A stretch of 64,000 bases of DNA from Candidatus Krumholzibacteriia bacterium (GTDB lineage Bacteria; Krumholzibacteriota; Krumholzibacteriia; LZORAL124-64-63), in the NCBI GenBank assembly GCA_942492615.1, contig CALOFL010000013.1, forward strand, positions 72,839 to 136,838, in the 5' to 3' direction. A program made the translations under genes and the position numbers. Positions 60,762 through 64,000 of this stretch are shown piece after piece. Numbering within the stretch: position 1 is the first letter of the stretch; every line of letters starts with the position of its first letter. Below the pieces are notes generated by a model. The model saw nothing but the letters and a program-made list of their open reading frames with translations. It was not told the origin of the DNA and made no database searches.

Positions 60762-62126
60762 TTATCTTTTGATCTTCTGAATACCAACCTCTTGTCCGGG
60801 AACAAGATCGATCGAACCGCCGGGCGCCAGGGCCAGCAGCAGGGGCGCCGTCGCGCGCGCGTCGGAGCCGGCCAAGGCCGCGGCCAGATTGAAAGCGGCG
60901 ACCGGAACGGCCACGACTTTTCTCGAGCGGCTGTGGTTGCGCAGGACGATCCGCCCGCCCCGGACGCTCCAGCTCGCCCCGCCCCGGTCCAGCTGGGCGA
61001 TCTCATGGTCGGTCAGATACAGCGGTCCGTCGCCCGGCAGCTCCCCCACCTGCGTCAGCAGCAGGGCGAACGCCTCACGCCCGGCGCGGACCACTGCCGG
61101 GTCGGTGTGGACGAAGTTGATCCGGTGGGTCTCGACGATGGCCGGACGGCCCGATCGCCAGGCGTGCCGGATCTCCGCCAGGCAGGATGCCACCGGCTCC
61201 CGGGGATCATCGAACTGGACCGGCTCGAAACGACAGTTGCGTTCGAGGTAGGTCCGGCCGGGATGCGTCAGGCGTGACAGCTGACGCGCGAGAAATTTCT
61301 GGGCCCGCCCCGGTCGTCCCGGCAGCCAGTCCGGATTGATCTGTTCGCGCTTGCCCTGGATTACGTTCAGTCCACGCGATTGCCAGATATCTTCGATCCT
61401 GCCGTTCCAGGTGTAGTCCGGGGCGATGACCGAACCCGGGCTCCTGCCGAAGACGCGGCGAAAGACACCGAGGGCCTGGTCCAGCTCGTCCTCGAGTTCG
61501 CCCGTGGAACGCCAGCTTCCCAGTTCACGCGCACGCTCACTTCCGGGAAACAGCATGATCCCCCTGAGAGTCGCGGCCGCGGCCAGGGAATCGGCAAAGG
61601 CGTCGGCCAGCCTCCGGGCGGGATCGTAGTGATAGCGGCCGTGGAATTCGGGGTACCAGCACCCCGTGGCGATGGCGGACTTCACGGCTTCGTCCAAACC
61701 CGGGCGGCGGTACTCCGGCGGCACCTGCGGCCAGTCGAAACTGATCCAGCGGCCCTGGGGAGGGCGCCCTCGGTAGCCCAGCGAGGAGACGACATAGTTC
61801 GGCTGCAGCACGGCACCACGACCATCGCGTCCCACGTGGGCACGCAGCAGGCCGCACAGGTCGGCGACCATGGCGCTGTCCTCCAGGGTCGACTGCCAGT
61901 AGACCTCCGGGAACCGACCGGTCCCCAGCGCCTGCCGTTCCAGCCCCTCCCAGGCGCCCGCGTCCGGGACAAATCCCGCCAGCCCCCAGTCGTCACTCTC
62001 GAAGGCCACGGCCCGCAAGTCCGACCAATCGACGGCCCCACGCTGGCCGCCGGCGACCACGAACGCGAACAGGAGCAACGCCAGGGCGCTCCCGCCCATC
62101 CACCGGATCCATTTCCCCTGGCTCAT
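60762..62126 (-). CDS. Polysaccharide deacetylase-like (NodB/CE4-related fold) membrane-anchored protein
   Basis: N-terminal TM helix; FESDDWG, PEFHGRYH, IAPDYTWN, ETHRINFV. Confidence 0.6.
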   Translation of the reverse strand: MSQGKWIRWMGGSALALLLFAFVVAGGQRGAVDWSDLRAVAFESDDWGLAGFVPDAGAWEGLERQALGTGRFPEVYWQSTLEDSAMVADLCGLLRAHVGRDGRGAVLQPNYVVSSLGYRGRPPQGRWISFDWPQVPPEYRRPGLDEAVKSAIATGCWYPEFHGRYHYDPARRLADAFADSLAAAATLRGIMLFPGSERARELGSWRSTGELEDELDQALGVFRRVFGRSPGSVIAPDYTWNGRIEDIWQSRGLNVIQGKREQINPDWLPGRPGRAQKFLARQLSRLTHPGRTYLERNCRFEPVQFDDPREPVASCLAEIRHAWRSGRPAIVETHRINFVHTDPAVVRAGREAFALLLTQVGELPGDGPLYLTDHEIAQLDRGGASWSVRGGRIVLRNHSRSRKVVAVPVAAFNLAAALAGSDARATAPLLLALAPGGSIDLVPGQEVGIQKIKR

Positions 62127-62139
62127 CGTTCCATCCTCT

Positions 62140-62802
62140 TCATGGGCGAATCGCCCTGGCCCACCAGTACCAACCCGCGTCGAGGCCCCGGCGGCCGATG
62201 GCGCGGATGAGCCGGGACGCCTCGCCCTGCGGGGTCGCGCCCTGGCCGCGCAGCATGCGCATCGCCGCGCCGGCGTCCAGCTGGTACTCGTTCTTCACGC
62301 GCCCGTAGTCCCAGCAGGCCGGACACGCCGAACGGTCCACGGCGGCCCGGAACTTGTCCAGCGGCAGGAGCGGCCCCCGGGTGACGGGCATCAACCGCGC
62401 GAGAAAGGCGTGTAGATCCCGGAAGTTCGCCGTGCCGGCGGGTGAGTCTCCCGGTTCGTCCTCGAAAATGTACAGGGAACCGCCGGGCTGAAGCAAGCCC
62501 AGCCAGGTGTCCAAAAAGGGCAGGCCTTCGTGGCGGACGGCCAGGTGGCGGACCAGGTTGGAGGCCACCACCAGATCCAGGGAACCGGCGGCCAAAGGAG
62601 GACTCAGGGCGTCGGCGACGATATCGGCCGCCGAGCCGCCGGCCGGCGGAATCCGGTCCAGCCCCCAGACCGTGAATCCGCTATCGCGGAGGATATTCAG
62701 GAAACGTCCGTCACCGCACCCCAGCTCCACGGAGCGGGACGGCTCGAACTGACCGGAAGTACAAAGATCAGTGAAGTTTTTCGGTAGAGGGATGAACGGC
62801 AT
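62140..62802 (-). CDS. Class I SAM-dependent methyltransferase
   Basis: Start MPFIPLP (62802); VELGCGDG, WGLDR, ADALSPPL..SLDLVVASN, LQPGG. Confidence 0.8.
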   Translation of the reverse strand: MPFIPLPKNFTDLCTSGQFEPSRSVELGCGDGRFLNILRDSGFTVWGLDRIPPAGGSAADIVADALSPPLAAGSLDLVVASNLVRHLAVRHEGLPFLDTWLGLLQPGGSLYIFEDEPGDSPAGTANFRDLHAFLARLMPVTRGPLLPLDKFRAAVDRSACPACWDYGRVKNEYQLDAGAAMRMLRGQGATPQGEASRLIRAIGRRGLDAGWYWWARAIRP

Positions 62803-64000
62803 CGGTAGCCTCCTCCACCTCGGCTTCTTCCCCGGTGGTACCGTCGAGGAGAATTTTCCGGGCTTGGGCGACCTTCTGGCGTTCGGCCTGCAGGTCGATG
62901 ATGTCGGCCACATCCTGCCCCGCATGGTCGGCCAGCTTGTCCAGGCGGTCGTCGAAGCCCAACGCGTAGAAGAGCTCCGTGAACAGGTCCAGGCCATGAC
63001 GCCGGTTCTCGAGGTGGCGCATGGCTCCCAGCTGGGCCGCCCACATCCAGGTGCCCATGGCCGGCAGTCCCAGCCAGGCCAGGTCGAGAAAATCGCTGAG
63101 GGCGAACAGGGTCGTGCCCACGGTCACCAGCAGCAGGCACGCCACGGCCCCCGCCGGCGAGAAGCCCAGACGGAGCAAGCGGTGGTGCAGATGGAAATCG
63201 TCGGCCAGGAAGATCGAGGAGCGCCGCCGATAGCGACGGACGATGGTGGTGCCGGTGTCCCAGATCGGGACGATCATCGGCGCGATCATCACCGGCAGCG
63301 GAATCGGAACCTTCTGGCTGAGGTTCAGCAGAAGGCTGGCCAGCACCAGGCCCATCCACATGCTGCCGGAATCGCCGAGGAAGATCTTCCGTTTGCTGAC
63401 ATTCCAGTAGAAGAAAGCCACCGTGGCGCCGCACAGGGTCGCCGCAAACAGGGTCGAATACATCTCGCCAACGGCCCACGAGATGGCCACGAGCGTCAGC
63501 GAGGCGAGAATGCTGATGCCGCTGGCCAGGCCGTCCAGGCCGTCGATCAGGTTCATGGAATTGATGAACCCCAGATACCAGAACATGGTAAACGGCCAGG
63601 CCCATCCGCCCAGCTCGATCGTACCGACCAGGGGCAGGGTCACCAGGTCGAGGCGCTGGCCGAAGAGCATGAGGCCCATGATGACCACGAGCTGACCGTA
63701 GAGCTTCTTTTCGGCATGGATACCGAAACGATCGTCGCCGACGCCAAGGGCCAGGATCGCCACTCCGGCTCCGATGAGGATCCCCAGCCAGGACCACGGC
63801 AGGGGCGTGCGCAGAATCACGTTTTCAAGGAAGAACAGCGCGCAGAAGAAAGAAATGAAAATCGCCATGCCCCCAGTGCGGGGCACGGGCTCGCGGTGCG
63901 GACGCCGGTAGCCGGGATGATCCACGATCTCGGTCAGAAAACCGAGATTGCGGAAATGGGGCTGGACCAGCCACGACATGAGGAACGCGGCCACAAATCC
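62768..64000 (-). CDS. wecA: WecA/TagO-like polyprenyl-phosphate GlcNAc-1-phosphate transferase (GT4/MraY family; 5' end beyond the window)
   Basis: PVPRTGGMAI, GVGDDRF, NSMNLIDGLDGLA, IFLGDSGSM, DDFHLHHRL. Confidence 0.88.
   Translation of the reverse strand, partial: GFVAAFLMSWLVQPHFRNLGFLTEIVDHPGYRRPHREPVPRTGGMAIFISFFCALFFLENVILRTPLPWSWLGILIGAGVAILALGVGDDRFGIHAEKKLYGQLVVIMGLMLFGQRLDLVTLPLVGTIELGGWAWPFTMFWYLGFINSMNLIDGLDGLASGISILASLTLVAISWAVGEMYSTLFAATLCGATVAFFYWNVSKRKIFLGDSGSMWMGLVLASLLLNLSQKVPIPLPVMIAPMIVPIWDTGTTIVRRYRRRSSIFLADDFHLHHRLLRLGFSPAGAVACLLLVTVGTTLFALSDFLDLAWLGLPAMGTWMWAAQLGAMRHLENRRHGLDLFTELFYALGFDDRLDKLADHAGQDVADIIDLQAERQKVAQARKILLDGTTGEEAEVEEATDAVHPSTEKLH

Noticed and set aside
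1-64000. rRNA, tRNA, tmRNA, RNase P, CRISPR arrays, IS elements or prophage
   Set aside because: No T-loop/anticodon cloverleaf, repeat-spacer array, transposase, integrase or compositional island was recognisable by eye; a tRNAscan/Infernal run would confirm.

Overview
GC-rich bacterial chromosomal window, gene-dense and almost entirely minus-strand (only two credible plus-strand genes). No rRNA, tRNA, CRISPR array or mobile element was recognisable. The LpxC-FabZ fusion, a gingipain-like C25 protein and a PNPFNP/FlgD-Ig C-terminal domain suggest an FCB-superphylum organism, possibly Krumholzibacteriota/Latescibacterota-like (inference). Content from left to right: nadB (partial); lipid A/BAM cluster (lpxK, DUF374, lpxB, lpxA, lpxC-fabZ, lpxD, skp, bamA); clpC-mcsB-mcsA coupled to lolD-lolC/E; lysS; prfB with a programmed +1 frameshift; coaE, polA, nadD, bamD, rimO, ftsK, accC, pilT/U, accB, efp, aroQ, a TPR protein, an acyl-CoA dehydrogenase, a PhzF-like protein, acpS; an LPS core/glycan cluster (monotopic phosphoglycosyltransferase, GT-C, DUF3108, four GT9s, gmhB); lon, hsp20, lexA, a PfkB kinase, a HIT protein; a metalloprotease lipoprotein, an orphan OppA and a ~1.6-kaa C25 peptidase; and a deacetylase-like gene, a methyltransferase and wecA (partial). 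About 22.6-38.1 kb and 55.5-59.7 kb carry many frameshifts, including in essential genes, best read as assembly errors. Most notable leads: (1) McsB has lost most phosphagen-kinase catalytic and ATP-binding residues while McsA and ClpC look intact, a candidate pseudokinase adaptor system inside an envelope-biogenesis super-operon; (2) four CGAAA direct repeats at ~11-bp phase over the lexA promoter, a candidate unusual SOS box; (3) a surface protease plus peptide-binding module.
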